32,000 bases of DNA from Promethearchaeota archaeon (GTDB lineage: Archaea; Asgardarchaeota; Hermodarchaeia; Hermodarchaeales; Hermodarchaeaceae), in assembly GCA_048938295.1 (NCBI GenBank), contig JBHLMI010000004.1, positions 91,082 to 123,081 on the forward strand. Reading direction: 5' to 3'. The position numbers were made by a program, and so were the translations under genes. Below are positions 1 through 8,347 of the stretch, one piece after another. The stretch's first letter is position 1, and each line of letters opens with the position of its first letter. Under the pieces are notes generated by a model. It was not told the DNA's origin. It saw only the letters and a list, made by a program, of their open reading frames with translations, and did no database searches.

Positions 1-20
1 TTCCCTTTGCGACAACATCA

Positions 21-1625
21 ATGGTTTTCGAACAACTTGCCATGAAGATTCGTCGGGCTGAATATGTGAATGTTGAATGTCCTGATGAGTCATTAGGAAA
101 TGGTTGCCTAACCCGTCAAGAACTTCAAATTCTGGGTGCCATGTTTGATTATTTTGCTGAACAACCCTCACATGCTGAGGCCAGCCTTCTTACAAATCGT
201 CGTGAAGTCTTCATAGATTACTTCAAATGGATTCACGGTGGCAATATTGAAGAAATCTCGGTCTGCTGCGGCCAAGTGATTGATCGATTACAGAGCGCAG
301 TTTCTGCCACAATTCAAACCCTTGATTCAGTGACACCCACTCCTAATCCATATGAAGCGGCTCTTGAGCAACTGGATCTCGCTGCCGAAAAATTGGGTTT
401 AGACCCAGCCACTCATGAGGTTTTGCGTCATCCACAGAGAATTCTCATCGTAAATATTCCAGTTCACATGGACGATGGAACAGTTCGTGTTTTCACTGGA
501 TATCGTTCCCAGTACAATGATGCACTGGGACCTACGAAAGGGGGGATTCGATATCATCCTGATACAACACTCGATGAAGTGATTGCCTTATCGGCGTGGA
601 TGACCTTCAAAACTGCTGTCGTGGGCTTACCTCTGGGTGGCGGTAAAGGCGGGATACGGTGTAATCCCAAAGAAATGTCATTGGGCGAGCTTGAACGTTT
701 AACCCGGGGATATACCAGAGAACTGGTTCGATTTATCGGCCCACAGACAGACGTCCCTGCCCCTGACGTGTATACGGATGCACAGATAATGACATGGATA
801 ATGGACGAATATGCTGAATGCACAGGTCTTTATTGTCCGGGTGTGGTTACAGGAAAACCTGTGGGGATTGGTGGCTCGAAAGGTCGAGAGGAAGCAACCT
901 CACTAGGATTAGTCTTCACAGTGATTGAAGCAGTTCAAGAACTGGGAATCCCCCTTAACGAGACCCGAGTAGTTGTCCAAGGTTTTGGAAACGTTGGCTT
1001 TAACGCGGCTCAAATTCTAAATGAGCGAGGCTGTAAAATTATTGCTGTTTCTGATTCTCAGGGAGGAATATTCAATTCCGACGGGCTAGACCCTGAGCAG
1101 GTGAAAGAACACAAGAAACTGTCCGGTTCAGTGATTGGCTACAAAGACGCTATTCCGATCAGTAATCATGATATTTTGGAACTTGATTGTGATATCCTGA
1201 TTCCAGCTGCTTTAGAAAACGTCATTACGGCTGAAAACGCCTCTAGAATCAAAGCGAAGATTATTGCTGAGGGAGCAAATGGCCCCACAACGCCTGAAGC
1301 CGATGTAATCCTACACCAACAGAACGTCTTCTTAATCCCTGATATTCTTGCTAATGCTGGAGGCGTTACAGTCAGCTACTTCGAAATGGTCCAGAATCAA
1401 ATCAATTACTTCTGGACTATAGAAGAAGTTCATAGCAAGCTCAAACAAATCATGCAAACTGCATTTCACGATGTGCAGGTGCTTTCAAAGGAACATGATG
1501 TTCCCATGCGTATTGCCGCCTATATGCTTGCCTTGAGCCGTATCAGCTATGCAATGCAGATGAGAAAACGTTCATCTACTAAAGAACGTCTTACACAGCC
1601 TAAACAAAGAATCTTGAAAACCTAA
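21..1625 (+). CDS. gdhA: Glu/Leu/Phe/Val (glutamate) dehydrogenase with N-terminal extension; 5' end may lie outside the window
   Basis: Motifs GPTKGGIRYHP, GGGKGG, DVPAPD, QGFGNVG, EGANGPTT, PDILANAGGVTVSYFE. About 105 extra N-terminal residues; the frame is open from base 3 to the ATG at 21. Confidence 0.95.
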   Translation: MVFEQLAMKIRRAEYVNVECPDESLGNGCLTRQELQILGAMFDYFAEQPSHAEASLLTNRREVFIDYFKWIHGGNIEEISVCCGQVIDRLQSAVSATIQTLDSVTPTPNPYEAALEQLDLAAEKLGLDPATHEVLRHPQRILIVNIPVHMDDGTVRVFTGYRSQYNDALGPTKGGIRYHPDTTLDEVIALSAWMTFKTAVVGLPLGGGKGGIRCNPKEMSLGELERLTRGYTRELVRFIGPQTDVPAPDVYTDAQIMTWIMDEYAECTGLYCPGVVTGKPVGIGGSKGREEATSLGLVFTVIEAVQELGIPLNETRVVVQGFGNVGFNAAQILNERGCKIIAVSDSQGGIFNSDGLDPEQVKEHKKLSGSVIGYKDAIPISNHDILELDCDILIPAALENVITAENASRIKAKIIAEGANGPTTPEADVILHQQNVFLIPDILANAGGVTVSYFEMVQNQINYFWTIEEVHSKLKQIMQTAFHDVQVLSKEHDVPMRIAAYMLALSRISYAMQMRKRSSTKERLTQPKQRILKT

Positions 1626-1662
1626 AAGGCAGTCAATCACTGCCTTTATCTTTCTTTTTTTT
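1625..1662 (+). terminator. Hairpin plus T-tract terminator after gdhA
   Basis: 9-bp stem AAAGGCAGT (1625-1633) / ACTGCCTTT (1639-1647), followed by TTTCTTTTTTTT. Confidence 0.75.
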
Positions 1663-1672
1663 CTGATTCCAT

Positions 1673-1712
1673 GGTGTACATAATGTACAAGATTAATAAA
1701 CGAGTGTACACC
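1673..1712. promoter_or_regulatory. Cluster of three TGTACA palindromes, candidate operator
   Basis: TGTACA at 1675-1680, 1684-1689 and 1705-1710. GGTGTACA (1673) and TGTACACC (1705) are reverse complements. Lies directly upstream of an RHH-type gene. Confidence 0.5.
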
Positions 1713-1734
1713 GATTGAAATTGAGGGAACATCG

Positions 1735-3666
1735 TTGTCGGTGCATATCCACACAACCATCCCCAAAAAAACTGGAGCAATTTTAGATGAATTAGCAGGA
1801 ACGTATGGGACTAAAAGTCGTGTTATTGAAACGGCTTTGGAGACGTTACTACGCGTTGATAAGGTAGGGTCCTGCGATGATTGCCAATTAAAGGCCCAAA
1901 TCGAAGAAGAGATCAAACTCCGTGAATCCATAGAGCTAGCCTCGATTCGTCGAGACTTGCTGGATGAGCTTCTAAAAGTTGCACTAGCAGACAAAACATT
2001 TGAAGAATTCATTCAATGGCAACAAAATGAGGTACAGAATACAATAGAACTAATTCAGAATACAATCCATTGGAAACCCCCCACCCAATTTCATGAATTT
2101 CTTGCAGTGATTGACCAAATTAGTAGGACAACAAAGGCGTTTGAAATTGCTTCTCACCGCGAAACCGATAACACCATCGTGTTACGCCCCTTGGTCTTTC
2201 TTAGATTACCCCAATTGGTTGCTTTACAACTCACGATTATACTTGAAGGAATTGGCAGTCATTTTGATCTTCGAATTATGCGTAAAGAAATCATTATCAA
2301 AATGCTTCGAAGAGATTTATCAACTATACGACACACTGACCCCATGCAACTCGTTCTTCAAAGCCTGCAGGAGAAGTTAACCACCATTCGACCATTAATC
2401 TTTAAGGAACAACTTGCGCTAGTTGGACCAGCATTCTTGAAATGGGCGACGAAGAACCTCGAAGACTCTGTTACGGATTTGGGAACAGCCATAGAAGATA
2501 TCCAGTTATTTTTGAAACCCACTGAACTATCTGATGTACCCCAAGAATTCATGCAAGGATTACTCGAAGCTGTTCAAGGAATGAATTGGATTTCGCAATA
2601 CAAAATTAAAACAGAATCCAACAATCAATGCCACATCACCTTTCAAGCAACCTCACCTCCCATCGCAAATATCACTACAGTAAGCCTTGCCATAATTTTA
2701 GCAACTCGTGGATGGAAACTCATCCGGCACTCAACTGAATACAATAATGGCTCACTAATCGTCGAATTAGCAGGAGAAGGGTCTCAGAAAATTTTAGACC
2801 AACTGAGTGATTTGAATCTTTATGGTGTGGTAAATGAACAGTTCCTTGATTCCATTCCAGTCCCCCGGGAATTATACGAAACCTTTGCTATTAAAATATA
2901 TGACAGTGATCGGCGACGATTTGAAGAAATCTATAGAAACATGGGCTTCCGAGTCGCAAATGCAATTCGTATGCTGAGCAACAATGATGATTCGCGCACA
3001 CTGCAACTCATTCAAATGTTTATCGAAAAGAACGTTCATCAATCTCAACCCAATGCTGACGTTCGCTTTGTTGATGATGAAAATTTCTCTATTGTCTTCA
3101 AGAAAATGAATGTGGTGATATTAGCCAGCCAACGATTAATCATTGGAGCGATGCTTGAAGCACTGGGGTATCAGGTCACATTCACAGAGTTTCAAAACCT
3201 ACTGAATGTTGTGATGAAGAAAATTGACAAGCCCTTTCTGAGCCCCCTTCATCGAAGAGAAGTCGTTCAGATGGTGAGTGACGCTATTGCCGCGGATTCA
3301 GCGAAAAACGCCCTTAACCAAGTAAAACCGACCTTAGATGATCTGTTCCCCCTGGAATACCCCTGGACGATTCATGAAATTGGAGATCGGCTCCTAGAAA
3401 TGTATCGTGAGTTGGGAATACAGGTAGAAGTCGAGTACTTCGAAGGCGGATTTACCCTCAAATATCGCACATGCCCTTATTACAAACTAGTGAAGAATGA
3501 TCAAAAGACTTGGCTCTGTACCTTCCGTAAAAAAGCCATCGAGTACATTCTATCACGAGTTACAAAGACCGGAAAAGGACGGATTAGGGTAATTAAATCG
3601 CTTATCCAAGACGGCACACATCCTTGCGAATATGCAGTTTTCCTAGAGGAATTTCTAGCAACATAA
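1735..3666 (+). CDS. Putative transcriptional regulator: N-terminal ribbon-helix-helix, CxxC, about four tandem V4R/HNOX-like domains, the last Cys-containing
   Basis: TTG start after GAGGG. The N-terminus SVHIHTTIPKKTGAILDELAGTYGTKSRVIETALETLL fits RHH strand-helix-helix. Repeated ~130-aa helix/strand units; the C-terminal unit has TCPY...WLC...PCEY as in V4R-like ligand-binding domains. Confidence 0.6.
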   Translation: MSVHIHTTIPKKTGAILDELAGTYGTKSRVIETALETLLRVDKVGSCDDCQLKAQIEEEIKLRESIELASIRRDLLDELLKVALADKTFEEFIQWQQNEVQNTIELIQNTIHWKPPTQFHEFLAVIDQISRTTKAFEIASHRETDNTIVLRPLVFLRLPQLVALQLTIILEGIGSHFDLRIMRKEIIIKMLRRDLSTIRHTDPMQLVLQSLQEKLTTIRPLIFKEQLALVGPAFLKWATKNLEDSVTDLGTAIEDIQLFLKPTELSDVPQEFMQGLLEAVQGMNWISQYKIKTESNNQCHITFQATSPPIANITTVSLAIILATRGWKLIRHSTEYNNGSLIVELAGEGSQKILDQLSDLNLYGVVNEQFLDSIPVPRELYETFAIKIYDSDRRRFEEIYRNMGFRVANAIRMLSNNDDSRTLQLIQMFIEKNVHQSQPNADVRFVDDENFSIVFKKMNVVILASQRLIIGAMLEALGYQVTFTEFQNLLNVVMKKIDKPFLSPLHRREVVQMVSDAIAADSAKNALNQVKPTLDDLFPLEYPWTIHEIGDRLLEMYRELGIQVEVEYFEGGFTLKYRTCPYYKLVKNDQKTWLCTFRKKAIEYILSRVTKTGKGRIRVIKSLIQDGTHPCEYAVFLEEFLAT

Positions 3667-3768
3667 TTGGAGAAGAGAAAGCATTGTGTTTTAAATTCAA
3701 TTGTATAAACAAGGCCTGTATAACCTTGGGAGGGTTTCATAGACTGAAGGAATTAAGGAGGATTTGTA

Positions 3769-6582
3769 TTGGTAACAACCAATTTGGATCACATATTTAA
3801 TCCTAAGAATATTGCCGTCATTGGAGCTAGCGAAGAGGAGGGATCAGTGGGACATATTCTGATGCGCAATTTGGCGATGAATGGATTTGGTGAAAAGGTC
3901 TTTCCTGTGAATATTCGTCGCACAGAAGTAATGGGCATTAAGGCTTATCCGACGGTAGGAGAAATCTCACAGCCTATTGACTTAGCGATCATTGCGACTC
4001 CAGCAAAAACTGTGCCCGAGATTGTTGAAGAATGTGGAAAAAAAGGAATTAGGGGAATAATAATCATCTCAGCTGGGTTCAAGGAAATTGGCTCTGAGGG
4101 ACTTGCACTCGAGAAGGAATTAATTGAGTTAAAAAAGAAGTACAATCTTCGAATAATCGGACCCAACTGTTTTGGTATTATTCGTCCGAGTATCCAATTA
4201 AATGCAACCTTTGCAGAAGCGATGCCAAAGGCTGGGAATATTGCATTCATCTCTCAGAGTGGAGCCTTAGGTTCAGCTATCATTGATTGGGCACTTGGTC
4301 AAAATCTGGGATTCAGTAATTTTGTTTCAGTTGGTTCGATGATTGATGTGGATTTTGGGGATTTAATCGATTATTTTGGAACTGATCCCCAAACGCGAAG
4401 TATAATCCTGTACATCGAGGGCATATCCGATGCGAGGAAGTTTATGAGCGCTGCCCGTCACTTTGCGAAAACTAAACCCATTATTGTGGTAAAAGCAGGT
4501 CGGTTTAGCGAAAGTGCCCAGGCAGCTGCCTCACACACCGGCTCACTGACAGGGTCAGATCTGGTTTACGATGCAGCTTTCAAACGGGCAGGTATTGTAC
4601 GTATCGAAGAAATTTCGGATCTATTTAATGCGGCAGAAACATTGGGAATGCAACCATTACCAGAAGGCCCACGTTTAGCAATCGTCACAAATGCGGGGGG
4701 CCCAGGCGTGATGGCAGCAGATGCTTTACTGCAAAAGAGAGGAAAACTTGCCCAACTATCAGAAACCACAATAAAAAAATTGAACAAGATTCTGCCACCA
4801 TTTTGGAGCCAAGGAAATCCTATCGATATTTTAGGCGACGCCGATGCCCAACGCTACCGCGAAGCGATGAGTATATGCCTAGCTGATAAAAACGTTGATG
4901 GAATCCTGCTTATTTACACCCCACAAGCGATTGCTGCCGCTGAAACTATTGCACAGAATATCGTTTCAGCTTGTGACGCCCGCGGAGGATGTGAAAAAAC
5001 CATATTGACCTCATTTATGGGCGGAAATAAAGTCGAAAAAGCTAACCAGATTTTCACAGAAAACGGATACCCTACATATTGGACTCCCGAACACGCTGTT
5101 GCAACTTACATGTATATGTACCAATACAAACGAAATCTTGAGTTATTATATGAAACTCCTGAAGAACTCCCCATTGAGAGCGCGCCTCCAAAACGTCCCG
5201 TTATGGTGCTTTTACGAAATGCAGCTAAGGAGAAGCGTGAAATCCTTACTGAAGTGGAAGCCAAAAAGCTTCTAGAATTTTATAATATTCCTGTGGTAAA
5301 AACCCGAATCGCGAAATCAGTGGATGAAGCCGCTGCAGCTGCAGCCACAATAGGATATCCGGTCGTCTTGAAGATTTACTCACCCGATATCACACACAAA
5401 TCTGATGCCGGTGGAGTAAAACTCAATCTACGTGATGATAACGAAGTGCGCAATGCTTACAATCTCATTATCGAAGCAGCTAAAGCTTACAAACCAAAGG
5501 CTAAGATTCAAGGCGTGACGGTCCAGGAAATGATTGAACCCACAGGAACGGAAGTTATTCTGGGCGCAAACCGCGACCCTCTCTTTGGACCCGTCATACT
5601 CTTTGGAATGGGAGGCGTAGGCGTCGAATTTTTCCATGATGTATCACTTGGTTTTCCTCCTCTCAATCAAACTCTTGCACGACGAATCATGGAAGACACC
5701 CGAGTATATGAGGTTCTCGTCAAAGGACACCGACAGACCATCCCGGCCAATCTCAAATTATTAGAAGAACTCATAGTTCGCTTCTCTCAAATGATTGTCG
5801 ATTTTCCCGAAATCAAAGAGATAGACATCAATCCACTTCTTGTCGATGACAAACAAGCCATTGCATTAGATGCTCGCGTCGTACTCGATTTATCACGAAT
5901 AGAAAAAAAATCAGACACCCCACAGGAACTAATAATAAGTCCTTATCCAAAACGGTATGAACAGATTTGGCGCATGCGAGATGGACGTACCGTCTTATTC
6001 CGCCCAATCAAGCCTGAAGACGAACCACTTTGGTTAGAAATGTTTCAAAACTTTTCTGAAGAATCGATTCGCTACCGGTTTTTTCAAATCATTAAAGATA
6101 CGCCCCACGAAGTTAGGATACGATACACAAATATCGATTATGACCGGGAAATCGCCATCGTCCCCATATTACACGAAAAAGGAAAAGATAGAATCTTAGG
6201 TGTGGTACGATTAATAGAAGAACCAGATAGAAAACGGGGAGAAATCGCCTTTATCATTGCTGATCCATGGCAAGGTCTTGGACTCGGCTCCAAGTTAATT
6301 GACTTTATGATTGAAATCGCAATTGACAGAGGATTGGAAGAAATCTATGGAATGATGCTCCCCGATAATTATCGAGCACATAAAATAATGGAAAAAATGG
6401 GATTTGCGCTCGAACGGACAAAAGATGGGCTGGTCAAAGCCACACTCGATTTAATGGAAGAAAGACGCTGGCGAGCACCACGAGAATTTCGCCCCAGCTC
6501 TGATGCTGCAATTGAAGTGGAAGAACCGAAGAAGCATGTTCAAGCATCAAAGGAACGAAGGAAAAAAGCCAAAAAGTCCTGA
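3769..6582 (+). CDS. ADP-forming acyl-CoA synthetase (alpha+beta) fused to C-terminal GNAT acetyltransferase (Pat/PatZ-like architecture)
   Basis: TTG start after AAGGAGGA. Motifs GPNCFG, SQSGALG, SHTGSL, NAGGPG, NPIDILGDA, HKSDAGGV, DINPL; GNAT part RYRFF, DYDREIA, WQGLGLG. Confidence 0.92.
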   Translation: MVTTNLDHIFNPKNIAVIGASEEEGSVGHILMRNLAMNGFGEKVFPVNIRRTEVMGIKAYPTVGEISQPIDLAIIATPAKTVPEIVEECGKKGIRGIIIISAGFKEIGSEGLALEKELIELKKKYNLRIIGPNCFGIIRPSIQLNATFAEAMPKAGNIAFISQSGALGSAIIDWALGQNLGFSNFVSVGSMIDVDFGDLIDYFGTDPQTRSIILYIEGISDARKFMSAARHFAKTKPIIVVKAGRFSESAQAAASHTGSLTGSDLVYDAAFKRAGIVRIEEISDLFNAAETLGMQPLPEGPRLAIVTNAGGPGVMAADALLQKRGKLAQLSETTIKKLNKILPPFWSQGNPIDILGDADAQRYREAMSICLADKNVDGILLIYTPQAIAAAETIAQNIVSACDARGGCEKTILTSFMGGNKVEKANQIFTENGYPTYWTPEHAVATYMYMYQYKRNLELLYETPEELPIESAPPKRPVMVLLRNAAKEKREILTEVEAKKLLEFYNIPVVKTRIAKSVDEAAAAAATIGYPVVLKIYSPDITHKSDAGGVKLNLRDDNEVRNAYNLIIEAAKAYKPKAKIQGVTVQEMIEPTGTEVILGANRDPLFGPVILFGMGGVGVEFFHDVSLGFPPLNQTLARRIMEDTRVYEVLVKGHRQTIPANLKLLEELIVRFSQMIVDFPEIKEIDINPLLVDDKQAIALDARVVLDLSRIEKKSDTPQELIISPYPKRYEQIWRMRDGRTVLFRPIKPEDEPLWLEMFQNFSEESIRYRFFQIIKDTPHEVRIRYTNIDYDREIAIVPILHEKGKDRILGVVRLIEEPDRKRGEIAFIIADPWQGLGLGSKLIDFMIEIAIDRGLEEIYGMMLPDNYRAHKIMEKMGFALERTKDGLVKATLDLMEERRWRAPREFRPSSDAAIEVEEPKKHVQASKERRKKAKKS

Positions 6583-6611
6583 ATCAAGTGAACCATAGGT
6601 GTGAATTCCGT

Positions 6612-7148
6612 ATGACAAATTTATGGCGTATGTTACCGCCAGGTTCGAATCCACCAAAACGGGTTAATGTAATCGTGGAAGTCCCCAAGGGGGAGACGAA
6701 CAAATACGAATACGATCATGAATTAGGGTTCTTTCGTCTGGACAGAGTACTGTATGGAGCACTCTACTATCCGGCTGACTACGGGATTATTCCACAAACC
6801 TGGTATATTGATAACGATCCGTTAGATATCATGGTACTAACATCCAAACCCACATTTACTGGTTGCGTTCTGGAAGCCAGACCTATTGGCATGCTCACTA
6901 TGGAAGATGAAAAAGGTGAAGATGATAAAATCATCAGTGTGCCAATATCTGATCCACGGTTTGAAGAGCTGACTGATTGTTCCTTGATGGCCAAGCATCT
7001 TCGTGTCGAGATTGCTGACTTTTTTTTAAATTATAAAAATCTTGAACCACGGAAATGGGTTAAGGTCAAAGAATGGAAAGAGTCCCCTGAAGCAGAGAAA
7101 ATCATCAATCTATCAATCAAGATGTATCAGGAGAGATCAGCTGACTAG
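6612..7148 (+). CDS. ppa: Family I soluble inorganic pyrophosphatase
   Basis: KYEYD, YPADYGIIPQT, DNDPLD, DEKGEDDKI, FFLNYKNLE motifs. ATG 6612 after AGGTG is preferred over the GTG at 6588. Confidence 0.95.
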   Translation: MTNLWRMLPPGSNPPKRVNVIVEVPKGETNKYEYDHELGFFRLDRVLYGALYYPADYGIIPQTWYIDNDPLDIMVLTSKPTFTGCVLEARPIGMLTMEDEKGEDDKIISVPISDPRFEELTDCSLMAKHLRVEIADFFLNYKNLEPRKWVKVKEWKESPEAEKIINLSIKMYQERSAD

Positions 7149-7734
7149 CGGATTTACCAGAAACCCTATTCTTTCGATGTTGCGCAAAAAACATCCGAAT
7201 ACTCGGAACTAGAAAAGGAGTCTTTCGTTTATAATCCAGATATTTTTCGCCAAACCGGCGGATTAAACTGGGTTCCTCACGTCTCTTGATTATGATGATT
7301 TGAATCCCGAGCACGATAGCAGGAATTAACAAACTCATTCCAAGGGATCTGAATAATAATCCCATGCCCAGTGGAAGCAGTGTATACCCAAAGGTCATAG
7401 GATTCCGTGTGTATGTAAAAATCCCGGTGGTCACGAGAGTTGATGATTGAGAAGCTTTTGTTGCTTCGCCCCAGGGAAGCCCCTTACCCACCTTGTGCAA
7501 TTGCCGAGTCGCCTTGATGCCCACTGCTGCACCTCCAACCATCACAATTACACCGGATATAATGTTGAAGGGGAAAGGAGGAAAAGGAGGAAGCGACAGG
7601 ATAAGGTCAGTCCAGCTTCCGAGTAGAAAGGTTCCAAACGGCACCAACAGAAAGATGAGCAAATAGGGTATGAAATAACGTAACTGAATTTTTGGCTGAG
7701 CCTTCGTATCCGCCTGTATTTCACTGTCAGGCAT
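7117..7734 (-). CDS. Isoprenylcysteine carboxyl methyltransferase / PEMT-family membrane methyltransferase
   Basis: Hydrophobic helices plus LVTTGIFTYTRNPM and EE..L..RFGEKYLDYKRKTPF motifs. ATG 7734 after GAAGGAG. Confidence 0.85.
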   Translation of the reverse strand: MPDSEIQADTKAQPKIQLRYFIPYLLIFLLVPFGTFLLGSWTDLILSLPPFPPFPFNIISGVIVMVGGAAVGIKATRQLHKVGKGLPWGEATKASQSSTLVTTGIFTYTRNPMTFGYTLLPLGMGLLFRSLGMSLLIPAIVLGIQIIIIKRREEPSLIRRFGEKYLDYKRKTPFLVPSIRMFFAQHRKNRVSGKSASQLISPDTS

Positions 7735-7753
7735 CACAATCTCCTTCAAATAA

Positions 7754-7830
7754 TGGCGGGCCCGCGGGGATTCGAACCCCGGATTTTCGGCTTAGAGGGC
7801 CGATGCCTTGTCCAGCTTGGCCACGGGCCC
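7754..7830 (-). tRNA. tRNA-Arg(UCU), intronless, CCA encoded
   Basis: Minus strand GGGCCCG...CGGGCCC-G-CCA acceptor stem; T arm CGGGG-TTCGAAT-CCCCG; anticodon arm TCGGC-CCTCTAA-GCCGA; 77 nt. Confidence 0.95.
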
Positions 7831-7939
7831 AGATGGTGTGAATGAGGATTTCGGGATATTTGCAAGAAACAGCGGGTGGAGCTGGATATATTTTTATCTG
7901 TACATCGCATTGTGAGTGTAGTATAGCGGGTGATTATCG

Positions 7940-8155
7940 ATGGAAACTGATATCTATTCCACAGAGATGGCGTTACGTAGTGGCATTTCTGAGATTCATG
8001 TGACTGAAACCAAAACCGTACGGGCGCTTTTAAAGGAATTGGGTTTGCTTTATCGACACCATGTAGTTTTAGTCGACGGAAAACGAGCCTATCTAGACGA
8101 CGAAGTCGCTGAAGGGCAACGCGTTATTGTCCTCCCAATCATCGCAGGTGGATAG
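7940..8155 (+). CDS. MoaD/ThiS-like ubiquitin-like protein (SAMP-type)
   Basis: 71 aa beta-grasp pattern (VLVDG, DEVAEGQRVIVLP) ending in IAGG. Confidence 0.85.
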   Translation: METDIYSTEMALRSGISEIHVTETKTVRALLKELGLLYRHHVVLVDGKRAYLDDEVAEGQRVIVLPIIAGG

Positions 8156-8347
8156 AACCACTTCGTCATATTCGGATTATCCCTAATCATTTGAATTTGG
8201 GAAATAAACTTCTAACAGTATACTTTCAGAGTGTGATTGATGGGATGCTAGTAAGAAATGTTCCTATCGGAAAATCTTTTTAAAACCTTTGAGCATTCGG
8301 GTTCATTCCCGTTATTTCGTTCACGGGCTTGTTGGTGTATTGCTGTG

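Noticed and set aside
7754-7830. tRNA as an integration site for a mobile element
   Set aside because: No integrase and no duplicated tRNA 3' fragment seen in the window.
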